A stretch of 60,525 nt of DNA, filler included, from Sphacelaria rigidula (lineage: Eukaryota), in NCBI GenBank assembly GCA_964200075.2. It is 6 parts of 6 records of this genome, joined end to end, with 100 filler letters (N's around TTAATTAATTAA, not from the genome) between each part and the next. Parts side by side here need not be neighbours in the genome. Positions count along the whole stretch, not along the records: positions 30,315 to 40,318 come from CAXNAA020007334.1; positions 40,419 to 50,422 come from CAXNAA020007335.1; 4 more parts are not named here. One strand, written 5' to 3'. The notes beneath the pieces are model-generated. The model saw only the letters and a program-made list of their open reading frames with translations. It was not told where the DNA came from and ran no database searches. The translations under genes and the position numbers were made by a program. This document shows, piece after piece, positions 37,952 through 50,522 of the stretch; within the stretch, counting starts at the first letter, position 1, and the number at the start of each line of letters is the position of its first letter.

Positions 37952-38206
37952 GAGCAATGCTACGGTAGGGGTGCACTTTTTTCGCGAAATTTTGTATGGT
38001 TCAGGGGCTCCTGACGATTATAGATGCACAAGAATATGGTTCGGGGCATTCCCCTTTGCAGGTTTATTCGGGATCCCCAGCACATTGAAATAGTAATCCT
38101 GGCGTACTCTTGCATATTTTCATAAGTCGTGTATTGGATGAGATAAAGGGCTCTTAACAATTCTAACATCAGAAAATATATGCGTACCTCTACCGTAGCA
38201 TCACTC
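37952..38206. mobile_element. Sola-like MITE, TSD CGCT
   Basis: GAGCAATGCTACGGTAG ... CTACCGTAGCATCACTC, with CGCT on both sides. Confidence 0.85.
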
Positions 38207-38295
38207 CGCTACTCTGATCGCCGCAACCAACAGAGAATCAAATATTTTTATTTGTTCACTGAACTACCTCGAAAAAATGCATTATAATGGAAATC

Positions 38296-38504
38296 TTTGA
38301 AGGGCGCGTCGGATAGGGTATACCCGATATTGTCATATTTTGAAAAGTGGAGATCCGACCCATGCCCACAGCGGCAACCGGCCCAGTGCCGTTGCTCCCC
38401 TCTATGAAGCCCATACAAGCCACTGTGACTGACTTGGGCAGGTGATATGCCACTTTTCAAATTACCACAATATCCTGTATAGCCTACACGACACGCCCTT
38501 GAAA
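38296..38504. mobile_element. ~210-bp MITE/foldback with ~55-bp TIRs
   Basis: AAGGGCGCGTCG...TTTGAAAAGTGG versus CCACTTTTCAAA...CGACACGCCCTT. Confidence 0.65.
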
Positions 38505-40318
38505 CCTTTAGAAAAACGGTTGCTCGCCCGCTTGGCTGTAGTCGATGGGCTTCCCCGGATACGTGGCAATGACGGTGACACACAGCACGCCCAGCACTAG
38601 CCCCCCGAGAAAAGATAGTTTGGTGTCCTGACGGAGCTGTATGGAAGCGATATACCCTTGAAGCGACACGACGCCTTGCTCCACGTTCGCCCAGACATCC
38701 TGGGGGAAGGGACCGCCGGTGAAACAAAAAAAAGCAAGAGGGGGCAAAAACATGATCGCACTATTATACTGTTCGCGCATTACGGCACGTGGAAATTCCC
38801 GCAGAGTTTGCTTGCTCGTCAACATGACTACTTTTTTTTTGTCATACTCTACCTAAGCTTCACGCCCCATCTCTCCGCCCCCTCTTCCGCAGGACGAGCC
38901 TCAGGTCCCTAAGGATCAACCCGCCTTTCCCTTGGTACGAGTGATGTCACGGTGCCCCCCCCAATAAATTAGCCCCCAAGACTGCCACGAAGAAAATGGC
39001 CATACAGTGCGTGATAGCTGGTTTCAGGCTACATGAAGTGCCTCATATGGGCAGCATTGGCGAAAACGATCTCAAGTGACAGAGTTCCCCGCTGCTCGGC
39101 GCGCTCGGCTTCCATCACTTTGATTTACATGTAGATTTACAAGCGACATTATTGGCTCACCTCCCACAGATAGGGGTAACTCAAAGCGAATTAATTTTTT
39201 TTCGCGCGACCGCGATTGTGGCTGAGCGATTAAAAATCAACACTCGACAAAAATTGAGGATCCGTCTGAAATCGGGGCATGAACTATATCGCATGGGACG
39301 TGTCCTGTCTCACTGTGCTTCAGCATGAATACACTCACGCCCTCTCTCGTGTGCTGCAGCTGTCACTGCGCTGTGGTGTTACAGAAAATAAGGGAAAAAA
39401 TAGTGTTGGTCGGCACGCAGCGCTGTCTACACACTGTTGAAACCTTCATAGTGGGTTGGCTGTTTCATCTTCCGTCAAACGAACAGGGCGCTTCCTACAC
39501 CCATCACTTCTATGTTGTAGTTGTCGCTGTGCTGTTGTGCACTTGACACTCTACGACAAGCATGGTGTAATGTGCGCTGGAGAGTGCCTGAACAGTCGTA
39601 CTGCTGCATGCCGTGTTTCGGTCTGCACAGAATTGGGGGTGGAATCAAAGTGCTGTCTACACAAAGTTGAAGCGATGACGTGACGGCTGTGCAGCTATCC
39701 GTTGAGTCTTCTCTTGTACTTCAGTTGGAATCGATTGTGGTGGTCGGAGAAAACACTCAAGGCGGGTGCGTGCAGGTTGGGGCAAACATACTGAGCCAGC
39801 ACGGAGCTGCTGTATCCCCAGCGATTGATGACAGCAGCTATCTGACTGGCAGCGGCGCAATGTGTGGGCCAATAACAGCAGTTTTCCACTCAAAATACCA
39901 CTCGTTTCTCTCACCTGATCGGTTAAAGATCGCCGCATTTCCGTTTATTGAAAGCCTCTGATAGGTCGAAAACTCTTGCCACTCATATTTCTTGCCCCTA
40001 TCTGTGAGCCCTGTGCCACTTTTCCGGGGAGGGGCTATCGCGGCATCATTCGTACCTTCATGACAATTCACAGTCGAAATACTGATTGCTTCAGCACCCA
40101 CGCAGCCCTTCGATTTATGTGCAACTTATACTTTTGCGAGCTCACGCCCTCACCACCCCAGACGACGGTAAATGTAAAAGAGACCACTACTGTTAGATTC
40201 GAAACTCCGTATAAGCCGGCCGTTGATGTACCAGTTTGACAACCTGGGAGGGGGGGGGCGTACTCATTTGTTGCTTGCCTTAGTCATTTGACCATTGACC
40301 ACGCATCCCTTTCGAGAC

Positions 40319-40418
40319 NNNNNNNNNNNNNNNNNNNNNNNNNNNNNNNNNNNNNNNNNNNNTTAATTAATTAANNNNNNNNNNNNNNNNNNNNNNNNNN
40401 NNNNNNNNNNNNNNNNNN
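40319..40418. other. Artificial contig linker
   Basis: N-run with TTAATTAATTAA. Confidence 0.97.
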
Positions 40419-40508
40419 TAGTTCATCTGGACCACGCGTGTACTTTTTCCAAGTGAATATTGATGCCGATTCAGCAGGTGACCTACTCTCGCGGTCTGAC
40501 GGTCAAGT

Positions 40509-40635
40509 CCTCCTGCGGAGTTTGGGGGGGGAAGATACTTTCGCTCTGTGTTACTATTTTGTATCTTCCCTGCAATAGAGAAATGCGACTTCAGCCCCAT
40601 TTTAGTGTTGAACCCCAAAATTTAAATCGGCTGTT
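40509..40635 (+). repeat. ~127-bp dispersed repeat with a near-identical copy at 50606-50733
   Basis: CTCCTGCGGAGTTT...GAACCCCAAAATTTAAA(A)TCGGCTGTT in both. Confidence 0.85.
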
Positions 40636-40639
40636 ATTT

Positions 40640-41340
40640 GAAGCAGCAAAAGAAGGGGTTGAGGTGGGTGAAGATATGGTATCAGGATTGATGTTCGCCA
40701 ATGATTTCGTGGGGATTTCAGAAACACCAGAAGAGTTACAGACAGAGATAGACAAGGCACTAGAACACACTAGGAAATGGAGAGTGACGGCGAACGTCAA
40801 AAAATGCGCGGTACTCGTCTGTAACGAATATAAGAAAAATCCGGTAGAGTTCAAATGGGAGTGGGAGAAGAGGAACTGCCGATCGTAGACCAGTATACAT
40901 ACCTTGGTGTAGATATATAAACAAACTGTTCTCGGGATGCACACATAAACAGAGTAATAAAAAAGGGTAAGGCACAGATGGGCAGGATGGACGTTGTCCT
41001 CAGAGACCCGCACCTAGACACAAGTATTAAGAGATGTATCCTGATGGACGTGATTGTACGAAAGCTGGAACATGCAAAATAGTGGGAGGGGAACGTGAAG
41101 TTGGTGCAGAGGTTGGAAATAGTGCAGATGGCAGCAGCGAAGAAAATATTTGGATGCTCGAAATTGACGAATAATACAGTTTTGAGAAAAGAGTTGAGAA
41201 TGTACTCACTTAAAACAGAGACATGAGGAAATTACGATGGCAATATAGCGTGAAGAACATGCAGAGAAAATGATTACCAGCTATAGGGTATAAGGCTGTA
41301 TGAAAGAAAATTGCGAAAGGTAAGGTTGGAGTAAGGGGGG
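40640..41340 (+). mobile_element. 5'-truncated, decayed non-LTR retrotransposon (LINE) RT C-terminal part
   Basis: GLMFANDFVG (degenerate [YF]ADD) and W.VTANVKKC; after a frameshift, LPIVDQYTYLGV, LEIVQMAAAKKIFGC and TNNTVLRKEL. Contains stops and frameshifts. Confidence 0.9.
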
Positions 41341-41392
41341 ATAAAGAAGTCGATAAAATATGTAAGGAGATAAAAGGAAACCAAGACGAAAT

Positions 41393-41736
41393 GAGTCATC
41401 CTACGATAGGGGGGGGGGGGGGTTGGTTGCATGAAAAAGAGGCTCATGAATGTGTCAGACGACTTGTCGCACTCGCCGTGCGCTTGTATTTGGGTCAACA
41501 CTGCGTCTATCGCTACGACTGAGCGTTATGCATCCATAACAAGCTCGTTCGAGCAACCCTTGCTGCTTTCAATGGCGATTTGACTCGAAATTTCGTGCAA
41601 GAAATGGCCCAAAATACCCCCCCCCCCCCTATCGTAGAACGGTGCTCCGTCTCGAAAGGGATGCGAGGTCAATGGTCACACGACTAAGGCAAGCAACAAA
41701 TGAGTACGCCCCCCCCCCCCTATCGTAGAACAGCCT
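41393..41736. mobile_element. Sola-like MITE with CTACGATAG(G)n TIRs
   Basis: GAGTCATCCTACGATAGGGGG ... CCCCCTATCGTAG. Another copy lies at 50125-50422, with fragments at 31081-31120, 40246-40318 and 49262-49345. Confidence 0.8.
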
Positions 41737-43205
41737 GGATTCGTTTTTGCGGTTTGACATTCAATTGAGGTTTAACGGACCATCGAAATTACATTTACTT
41801 TGTTCGAAAGACTCGGGAGTCGCAAGCGGTTACGACCATGTGCCCCTAACCCCGAAGTTTCTGCACGGCAGCGAAAACATGATGGTGAGCAGTCCACTCG
41901 AAAAGCCGCCGTCATTCATTGTGCGGCCTCTTTTGAGCAACCCCTGCGTCTAAGCGCTGCGGAGGACGTAACAAAGCATGCTGAAAACATACTTCATTAT
42001 ACTAGTCATCGAGGTGTCGAGCGCCTTTTGTTGTGTATCTGAGAGAGACTTCATACTGTTGCGCCGGCGACGACCGCCGTCAGCGAAACGTTCCAATGCG
42101 ATGGCAGACGCCAACGATCTTCGAAACGCAGCATCCTTCAGCAGTCTGCTGAGATCTACCATCACCACAGCATAGCACCACCGCAGTACAGTGGCTAGTT
42201 AAATCCAATGGGTGCCCCACAATGAACCTGCAGACACACACAACGGGGGTAAGGGTTAGTTCCATGCCTGGGGTTATTTCGCCAGTAGCGCCCATGCGAG
42301 GCGCTTCATCTGGCCTGAACCAGCTATCACGCCTTGTATGGCCACCTCCGCCGTGGCTGTGTTGAGAACCGGTTTCGCGGTGGAGCTGTTGAACAATTCT
42401 ACTGTTGTTGTAGTGCAACGCGCTTGAAACATTCGAGCCGTTTCTTTTGAATTTAAAAGCCGCGGCAGCTCTAGTTTGAATATCCCTCCTGATGGTCCGA
42501 AACGGGTGCTGATGCAGCGACGGAAAGCGCTGGCGCCCTTCCGCTCAGATGGGATATAAAACAACCTCAGCGTTAGGATTAGACCCCAGGGGGAGTCCGG
42601 GAATAACGGGCTGTTTTCTTGGAAAGCAGTCGTTCATTGTAACAGGTGTAAAGTGTTTAAGCAAGGAAATTTCGATTTGGAACAGGGAAATATGTACTTA
42701 CGCTCCCCCTGAACACTGTCCTACATGTTTCATTCCGAGCGATCTTCACTAGAGAGGGGAATGCGGGACGTAAACGAAGATATGAAGATATACGTGAAAT
42801 CATCACGAGGCTCCCTGAGTCTTTCCTGCGTATCATGAGTGGAAATCAGACGACGCCAAACTCCACATCACCGAAACATTACGGTTTCGGGTATAATTCG
42901 ACCCCGTTGGAAACGTTTTCGAATCCGTTTCTACCGTTAGATTCTTGAGGTAATGGTGGTCACTACGTTTGAAACATGTGGATATTCGGTGAAATCGGGC
43001 TTGGAATTCGTATTTTCAATTTCGGAATAGTTTGAAAGGCGCTGATTGGTCGAGGCACATTTTTGTCCATAGCGCCACCGCTTTAGCTTAAAAAAAAGCC
43101 GGCTATGTCACTCTTTTCGTCTGTTCATTGCGGTCAGTATTATACCATGTATGTCACTATGGGGTGCGTATTGCAGAAGGCATTTGCTGATGACAAACTT
43201 CAACA

Positions 43206-44283
43206 GTGGATCCTGGAAAAATGGGGTCCATCTCAAAAATGAGGTTGAAGTGGCATTTTTTTTTTGCAGGGATGGCGCGGAACACTTACGACCGAGCGGA
43301 GCCATCTTTCCCCCCGAATGTCCGCAGCAGTTAAGCAGCTGTGGCTAGGTGCACCTAACGAATGCGGTGTACACGCGTGTCTATGGTGATATCACCAGAG
43401 AGAGAAGCAACGACAAATAGGAAGCTCCTCGCCCGTGTCCGAGGGCGGTGGTGCGGCCATGAAAATAATATTCAATTTGAACCTGGGGGTATTGTTCATC
43501 ATTGAGTTTACCCACATCTGACCCTGTGGGTGCCCGACGAGAACAGCGCGCCACACGCTAGTTGAGGGGGGTGTATGAGAGATCAAACACTTGTAGAGGC
43601 ATTCTTGACATGCGGACGGAAAAAAGATACCTCTGGTGGTGGTGACCTAACTGTTGCTAGTGTGGCGCACAGGAGTCTGTCCACGCTGTAATTCGAAGCA
43701 CACGCTGGTCGCGTGAGCACCTCGGTACAGTAGGAGTAACTTTCCAGAGTATTTCCAACGTGAGTCTATCATGCATAACAAGCTGGGATGAGAGTGCTCT
43801 GCGATCAACCACTTGTCGTTGCATTTGGGACCCACGCCATCAACCGCCGACAGCAAAGGCTTTGTGGCTTTCACGCAACGCTGCCGGTAGAACGGCACGC
43901 AAACCCGATCATAGCTAGCTTTCGCTGCTCTACTGTACTTACTCTCGACCGAAGTTAGCAACAGGTATGGAAAAGTGTGCACATGTTGGTAACATCGATG
44001 ATGCCAGTTTCTTGTCAGTTTGTTAATTGGCGAGCGAGGACACACGAAGGACACGGGCGGGGAGCTTCCTCTCTGTCGTAGCTTCTCTCTCTGGTGATAT
44101 CGCCATCGACACGCGTGTATACCGCATTCGCTAGGTGCACTTAGCCACAGCTGCTCAACTGCTGCGGACATTTGGGGGGGAAGATGGCTTTGCTCGATCG
44201 TGCGTGGTTACCGTCATCCCCGCAAAACAAAGATGCCATTTCAACCTCATTTTTGAGATGGAGCTCTCTTTTCCAGGATCCAC
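43206..44283. mobile_element. Pair of ~235-bp inverted repeats enclosing ~610 bp
   Basis: 43206-43440 is reverse-complementary to 44049-44283. A third fragment lies at 50523-50602. Confidence 0.75.
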
Positions 44284-46557
44284 GGTTATTTGGGTTTTTT
44301 TCCGTGAGCCAGCCTGTACTTGGGGATGATGGCCAGAGACGGCGAAACAGGACGGGGATAAGATATGTAACAGGTTCTTGTGTAATGTTTGGAAGAAACG
44401 TAATGGGCGCCGGAATGTTGGAGATGGCTCTGTTGGGAGTAATGGTACTCCCATCTCGAATGGGATGCGTGGTCAGTGGTCATGCGACCAAGGCAGGCAA
44501 CGAAAGAGTCCCCCCCCAATCACTATTAGGTTCACTTTTTTTATGTGGGGGCGTTTTCATAAGCCCACCTTATCGCACGGGCGACGTAATCACACCCATT
44601 GCGATCACAACCCAGCAGGGCGGTCCTGTGAGCGTGCTTTCATCGCACTGACGACATCATAATACCCTCAGTGGGCATATCCTTGTAGCGTACTTCATCA
44701 CACGGGCGACACCCCTGCACATGGGGACTTGTGGGTTCACCTCATCACACCAGTGACCGAAGATATCATACTCATGCACGAGATCCCACCCGTGATAATT
44801 ATTTTGCGCTCGATACGTGATTACACAGCTGTTATTTCTTACGCAACCTAGAGCAACTGCCTCTACTCCTCACGTGGTCAAAGAAGACAATTCCGCAAAC
44901 TTTGGTCGTAGCCGCGGGTTGAAAAGGTTCGGTCCAAGGGGTCAGACAAGCTATGCAATGTCACCGCGGGTTATGCGGGTGTATTCCCCCGGACCAAGTC
45001 GCTGACTCACCACGTGATTTCCAGGAGCTCCATGTGGCATCAGAAGGCAGAAACGAATGTGGGAATTTTCAAACACACCTCGCAGCTTACACTCCACAGT
45101 GGTAAAGTACGACTACTAGATAAAAAAAGGAATTTTCCTTACAATTACGTGCTACGCCAAAACGCGATTCCCCAGGCACTCATGTTTTAGGTACGTATCC
45201 AAATCTGTTCCACCCTTGGCAACAGAGTGCTGAGTTGGTGAATGATTGAACATAAACCGGAGTATCGGAAGGTGAAGGCTACACACACGTATTTACGACC
45301 GACAGAATGAAAGGCCACGGGCGTACGAACACAACTCCACTTCACAGCTTCACAACAAGGTGGAGCGAACCGAAGGAGTGACTCCCGAACCCTACGATAT
45401 GACAGTACTTTGCCCCGCTCTTATTGTGATGAACCAACATAGTGAGGCTATACGATTATGTAGGCATACGAACCAGTAAAAGACAACAAGGACACGAAGC
45501 AAAAATATGTCGCTTAGAGAGCGACGGCACTACGTGCGCAGACAACTGGGTACAATCGTGCCAGTACGTATTTCAACAACTCCGCGAAACTATGTAGTAA
45601 ATGAAGTAACAAGGTGTGGCCTCGTCCAACGCCTTTGGGGTTGATGGTAGGTGCCCTTCAAAATAGATTGGCTACCCTCGATCGGGATGTGGGCTCGGTA
45701 ATATCGATTCGGCCGAAATCTTCGACGGCGATCTTTAAACACCAATTCGTCCCATCCTGAAACAATAATTCGATGTCAACATGAAGGGAAGGAAAGTACG
45801 TAAATACAACAAGGCACGTATGTAGGAATCAAGCATTGATCGTACTTGCTGTCGATCGCATTCCCTTTTGCAGATTTATCTAGTGAGCAACCAAACATAC
45901 GTGTACACGGTCATCACCAACCCTGGAAAAAAAAATGGTCAAATAACCACTGCGTGCCCTCCTAACCCCTCCATTCGGTACCAGCTTTGGGAGCATAAAT
46001 GGACTCGCGGTGTTGCGCAATCTTGATGTTTGTTGTACAACATAAACCTCTGGTCATGGAATAGTTCGCGCCAATGGATAGACCTGTTGAAAAAAAGAAA
46101 AGACTCGTGGGCAATCATCCCCCCCCCCCACCACCACCACCACCCGCCGCCGCCGTCAGTGTGATCCATGGCTTTCCGGTTGACCTCCCGGGCTGTACGA
46201 TTGCCATTGCGGCCCAACATCCATAACACGATAGTAAAACCTGTACTTACATCCGCAAGACGGACCCAACAAGTTGAGAGTAGGCCACCCCCCATGAATA
46301 TTGTCAACATCGAAGGCAGGGCGGGTCACACGGAAGTGTCCAACTTGCACGAGCGGAACCATCTCACACGACAGCAGACTGCCCAATGTACAACCCGTTG
46401 GCTGATCCCCCTTAGCCTCTCCCTCAATCCCCGCACAGAAAAACAAAAATGTACAAGCAAATCCCGAGTCCGTGCCAAGAGCGGAGCGGATGATTTCGCT
46501 CACGATAGCTGACATTAGCGTCAACGCTCAGTTCCGGTAGGTGCCGTATTTTTTCCC

Positions 46558-46713
46558 TTAGAAGCAGATGAAGGGTTTGAATTCCCCTCCACTGGCGACC
46601 TTAGCTTGACGTCCAGTCTTGATTGTCAACACTAGCGCCATTAGACCGGCCAAGGCGCCTACCACGGCTACTGCCAGCGCTGCCTCAGCGAGGATTTCAA
46701 CATCTCCATAGCC
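46558..46713 (-). CDS. Last exon of a spliced gene, with a C-terminal transmembrane helix
   Basis: CACCTCAG| GYGDVEILAEAALAVAVVGALAGLMALVLTIKTGRQAKVASGGEFKPFICF*; 156 nt. Confidence 0.6.
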   Translation of the reverse strand, partial: GYGDVEILAEAALAVAVVGALAGLMALVLTIKTGRQAKVASGGEFKPFICF

Positions 46714-46863
46714 CTGAGGTGATGAGAAGTTGAGGAAATGACGAAGTCGAAGCGACGAAACCCGAAAAGATGTGTATTGTAGGGGAGAAGGGAGGTGAGG
46801 ATGGTATGTGGGTAATCATGACGACTACGTGCAGACCTGGACTATCAAGATGACCCCATTTAC

Positions 46864-46929
46864 CGACACCCCTCCTTCAATAACCGCCAGCGACCACGCC
46901 CTGGATGCCATGGCCTGCGGTGAAACCTG
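46864..46929 (-). CDS. Internal exon (QVSPQAMASRAWSLAVIEGGVS); alternative acceptors give starts at 46926 or 46914
   Basis: CAG acceptor, GTAAAT donor, phase 0/0. Confidence 0.45.
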
Positions 46930-47302
46930 CTGTGTTAATTGTCGCGTTGTCCTCGCAATATCGATAAAGTCGAGACGTTCATGACGCCGCCACGTCGGGG
47001 TAAGATCCAACGATCATCCACTGATAGGGATCGGCCGTCTTGTCTTCTTGTGGTCTGATCAGCATCACAACACACTTGCGCATCTTGTCGCATATTATTT
47101 GTGAGTTCGACGAGGCTATCACGAAGTGTCAATAATATTAACGATCGCGTGTAGTGGCATGGTACTCTGACTGTAGTGTTGTACGCTCCGTAAACGTACA
47201 TATCAACCGTCCAGTCTGGTCGTCGATTCGGGCAGCGCGCAGCTTCTGAGAGAGCGTTGTCTACAGGACGCTGAACCTCGAAGATATGAGCGCCTGTCTC
47301 AC

Positions 47303-47383
47303 CTTGTCTACGCTTTGTGCCACTGCTGGATCCGTTTGCGCAGTAATGGAGCTCACTTGCTCGTTGACCTCCGCCATATCGGA
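47303..47383 (-). CDS. Internal exon (SDMAEVNEQVSSITAQTDPAVAQSVDK)
   Basis: TTCCCTTCCGTGCAG| ... AAG|GTGAGA; 81 nt, phase 0/0. Confidence 0.65.
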
Positions 47384-47650
47384 CTGCACGGAAGGGAAGA
47401 TGAAAGAGTCGGGTTCATATCACATGATGATGTGCTGCTGCTTTCATGAGCTAAAAACATCGGCGGTGATGTCGGCAGCTGTAGTGCAGTAGCCTATTTT
47501 GGAACAAAAGAGGGTGAACAGTGACCACCAACCATAATCGCCACGAAGACAATGACGCCTTGCCGCAAAGAGCTGGACGGGTGGCACCACCAAACCGAGA
47601 CACAGTATCTTAACGGCGATTATCGCGGGCAGTGTTTCATCGTCCCTCAC

Positions 47651-47758
47651 CTCCAAAATGGTGATGCGGGCAGCTTGCAACGCCACCTGCTCGTCGTCAT
47701 GTGTCGGTACCCACAGCACTCGTCCCACATCGGCAATATCGAACGTGTGCTTCACTGA
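47651..47758 (-). CDS. Internal exon (SVKHTFDIADVGRVLWVPTHDDEQVALQAARITILE)
   Basis: CTCCGCAG| ... GAG|GTGAGG; 108 nt, phase 0/0. Confidence 0.65.
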
Positions 47759-47995
47759 CTGCGGAGCAGCGGGTGAACGGTTGGAAATATGGGGGCCGAA
47801 GGGGGGGGGGGGGGGTTGAAACACGGTTCATCTCAAGACGTTTCATGTACCACTGCGGTATCCATGCTCAGGGGTATAATAATCATTTATTCCCGGGTAA
47901 CAGACAACAGCGCAAGGTTTGTTTCAAAACTCGCGGCGGGAAGGCGGACATTGACATTCGCTGCACTCCTTCGAGTGTGAATAGCGCAAGCTCAC

Positions 47996-48037
47996 GTGAG
48001 ATAACAAAGACAAGTAAGTAAGAGATTGTTCCAACAT
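47996..48037 (-). CDS. Possible small exon (MLEQSLTYLSLLSH)
   Basis: CGGCAG| ... CAC|GTGAGC; 42 nt, phase 0/0. Confidence 0.35.
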
Positions 48038-48988
48038 CTGCCGTTGTAGAAGGTGAGCAGATTGATTTCAGATTTGATTCAACGCCTCTGTCATCGATCA
48101 CATGTGTCCCGTGCATGGCTCGCCCACATCCCCCTCCTCGGGACGGATTCGTGGTTCCCGGTCATCACTCGAACTCCCCCCCGGTACGCACTCTATTCCA
48201 TTTTCCGTCCGATATCGAAATAGCAAGCCAGCATTCCATCAAATATAAAGAAATCGTTTTTGCCAGAACCCACCCTCACGGTTTGGGAGCAGCAACGGGA
48301 AATTCGAGAAGCGAATTCTCAGCGGGCATCCTGATACACCAATCCATCCAGAACGAGGACTCCATGCAGGACAACCGTTCGTGGTGATTTGACATTATAT
48401 CTTCCTCGAAAAGGGAAGGGAGCCAAGGTGCTGTTCCATGCTACAAGTTTTTGCTGTTTGAACCGGAGTTTCTGAAACGTGGAAAAATGCAACTCCTGCG
48501 TTTCATGCATCCGTGCGATACAGTGAGCCAACACCACTGCCGTCCTGCCGCATCGAACAATGTCATTAGGTCAGTAGTAGCAACCCTTGCCTCTACGGGC
48601 AATAGCCACAGTCGGCACAATCGCGCCTACCTCCGAGACCACCACGACTCATCTGAAGATAGTATCACGAGAAAAGTCAGGTCAAATCGCAACCGCCCTA
48701 ACCCCGACTAATTGACGTATAGCATATCTGCACCTTGCGTGCGTTTTCACCAGGAGAACAGACAGAAACACACTCACACAACTCCACACACACAACTCAG
48801 CAGCAAACCAACTACCGCGCACACACTGAAACACACTGGAAAAGACAAAAAGACATGTACATGATGAGTGCTTGCAAATGAGAAGAAATGAATGAGAAAA
48901 AAGAACACTGTATTTCTGGCGAGCGGGAAAGTCTCTCATGCGCCTCCGTCAGCACAAACGTCAATGGAAAATGGCAAAGAATTCCCAC

Positions 48989-49153
48989 CTGGTCAACCAA
49001 GTCAACGATGGCCACCCCGGTGTAGCCGCCGTACGGTGATGTTCCGTTGGTAACCGTGGCGGCGAAGTCGGCTCCACGGGCGAGTGGTCGGTATGTAGCG
49101 CCCGCCCCCACGGGGATGTAAGTGACGGTAACATCGGGTAGTCCATCTTCGGA
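48989..49153 (-). CDS. Internal exon (SEDGLPDVTVTYIPVGAGATYRPLARGADFAATVTNGTSPYGGYTGVAIVDLVDQ)
   Basis: TTCGGCAG| ... CAG|GTGGGA; 165 nt, phase 0/0, GC-rich codons. Confidence 0.65.
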
Positions 49154-50124
49154 CTGCCGAATCACGCGCAGCACGATCACATATAGAGAGTTGTACCGAG
49201 TACAGCATTATGTCACCCAACAGTGGAGACAGGAGACGAGAAGGAGAGAGGGATGGAGGGAGGGGGCGGTGGGGGGACGTACTCATTTGTTGCTTGCCTT
49301 GTGTCGTTTGATCATTGACCGCGCATCCCTTTCGAGATGGAGCAGGAGGGGAGGCCAAGGGGGAATTGCTCACTTTCGACCCAATAATTTTTGCGGCCAG
49401 TTTCGTCAGATATGTTGTACATTTCCCTCCGTGTCGGGTGCATTTAGAAAATTTCGGAAGTTATTTGACAGTTTCGAAAGCAACCCGGTGGGTTTCCCTC
49501 AGCATTGGGAGTGTTTGCCTTGCCGGAGTTATGCGGGGAGAGCACGGGTTTGATCCGCTGCTAAACTGAAGTTGTCCACTGCTGACATAATTGGGTGGTA
49601 CACTGACAAGAAACGTTGCGCCGAGAGAAGTACAAGACTCGCTTCCCGGGACTGCCTATGCTATGCGTGCCATCCATGTACGCCGAGCTTGCTCAACCGC
49701 AAGAGGTTTCAACGCCAAGACTAGGGTAATATCGATGAATAAATAAGTAGAGTGGTTTGGAGTGTCAAAATCGGCGTGTTGAAGTGACCGCTTGGCATAT
49801 CGACTGACCGAATCGTTACTGAGGACTAGAACTGTTGTGGTGTAGAAGGAGGACACGAACAGAGGAGATGAAAACAAATGAGAGCTAAGGAAGAACATAT
49901 GTTGAAATGTGGTGATCCCGCGATTAAGATCGCCATTCTCCGTCGACCCACGACCAACATCTGCCTAAAAAAGCTTGTAGGTTTTCAACTTTTTGAGCAT
50001 GTGGTAACTAGCTATATACACACTACTCAGCGGAGCATTTGATATTTTGCTTGGCCTCCGGGCCATCCCCGTGAATTGAGAAGCCCTGGCCACTGACTGT
50101 GGACTATTGTACGGTTACACCATA

Positions 50125-50422
50125 TAGCCATACTACGATAGGGGGGGGGGGTGGTTGATTCCACGACAAACGGGCTCATAGATGCTTCAGACGACCTGAC
50201 ACACTCGCGGTGCGCTTGTATTTGGGTATAATCGGTGTCAAGCAGTTGAAATGAGCGTTTTTTTGTAGGAAACAAGCCCGTTTGAGCAACCGTTGCCGCT
50301 ATTACCGACGATTTCAAGTAGAATTTTGTGGAAGAAAACGGCCCAAATACATCCCCTTGCTCCGTCTCGAAAGGGATGCGTGGTCAATGGTCAAACGACT
50401 AAGGCAAGCAACAAATGAGTAC
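50125..50422. mobile_element. Copy of the 41393-41736 MITE, cut by the contig end
   Basis: CTACGATAGGGGGGGGG start and a colinear body. Confidence 0.75.
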
Positions 50423-50522
50423 NNNNNNNNNNNNNNNNNNNNNNNNNNNNNNNNNNNNNNNNNNNNTTAATTAATTAANNNNNNNNNNNNNNNNNNNNNN
50501 NNNNNNNNNNNNNNNNNNNNNN
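50423..50522. other. Artificial contig linker
   Basis: N-run with TTAATTAATTAA. Confidence 0.97.

Noticed and set aside
38248-38825. Membrane-protein ORFs on the minus strand
   Set aside because: They partly overlap a foldback MITE, are interrupted by stops and lack supporting exon structure.
39650-42700. Degraded transposase-like fragments at 39650-40100 and 41750-42700
   Set aside because: No DDE or HTH motif could be convincingly assigned, and the two pieces are on different contigs.
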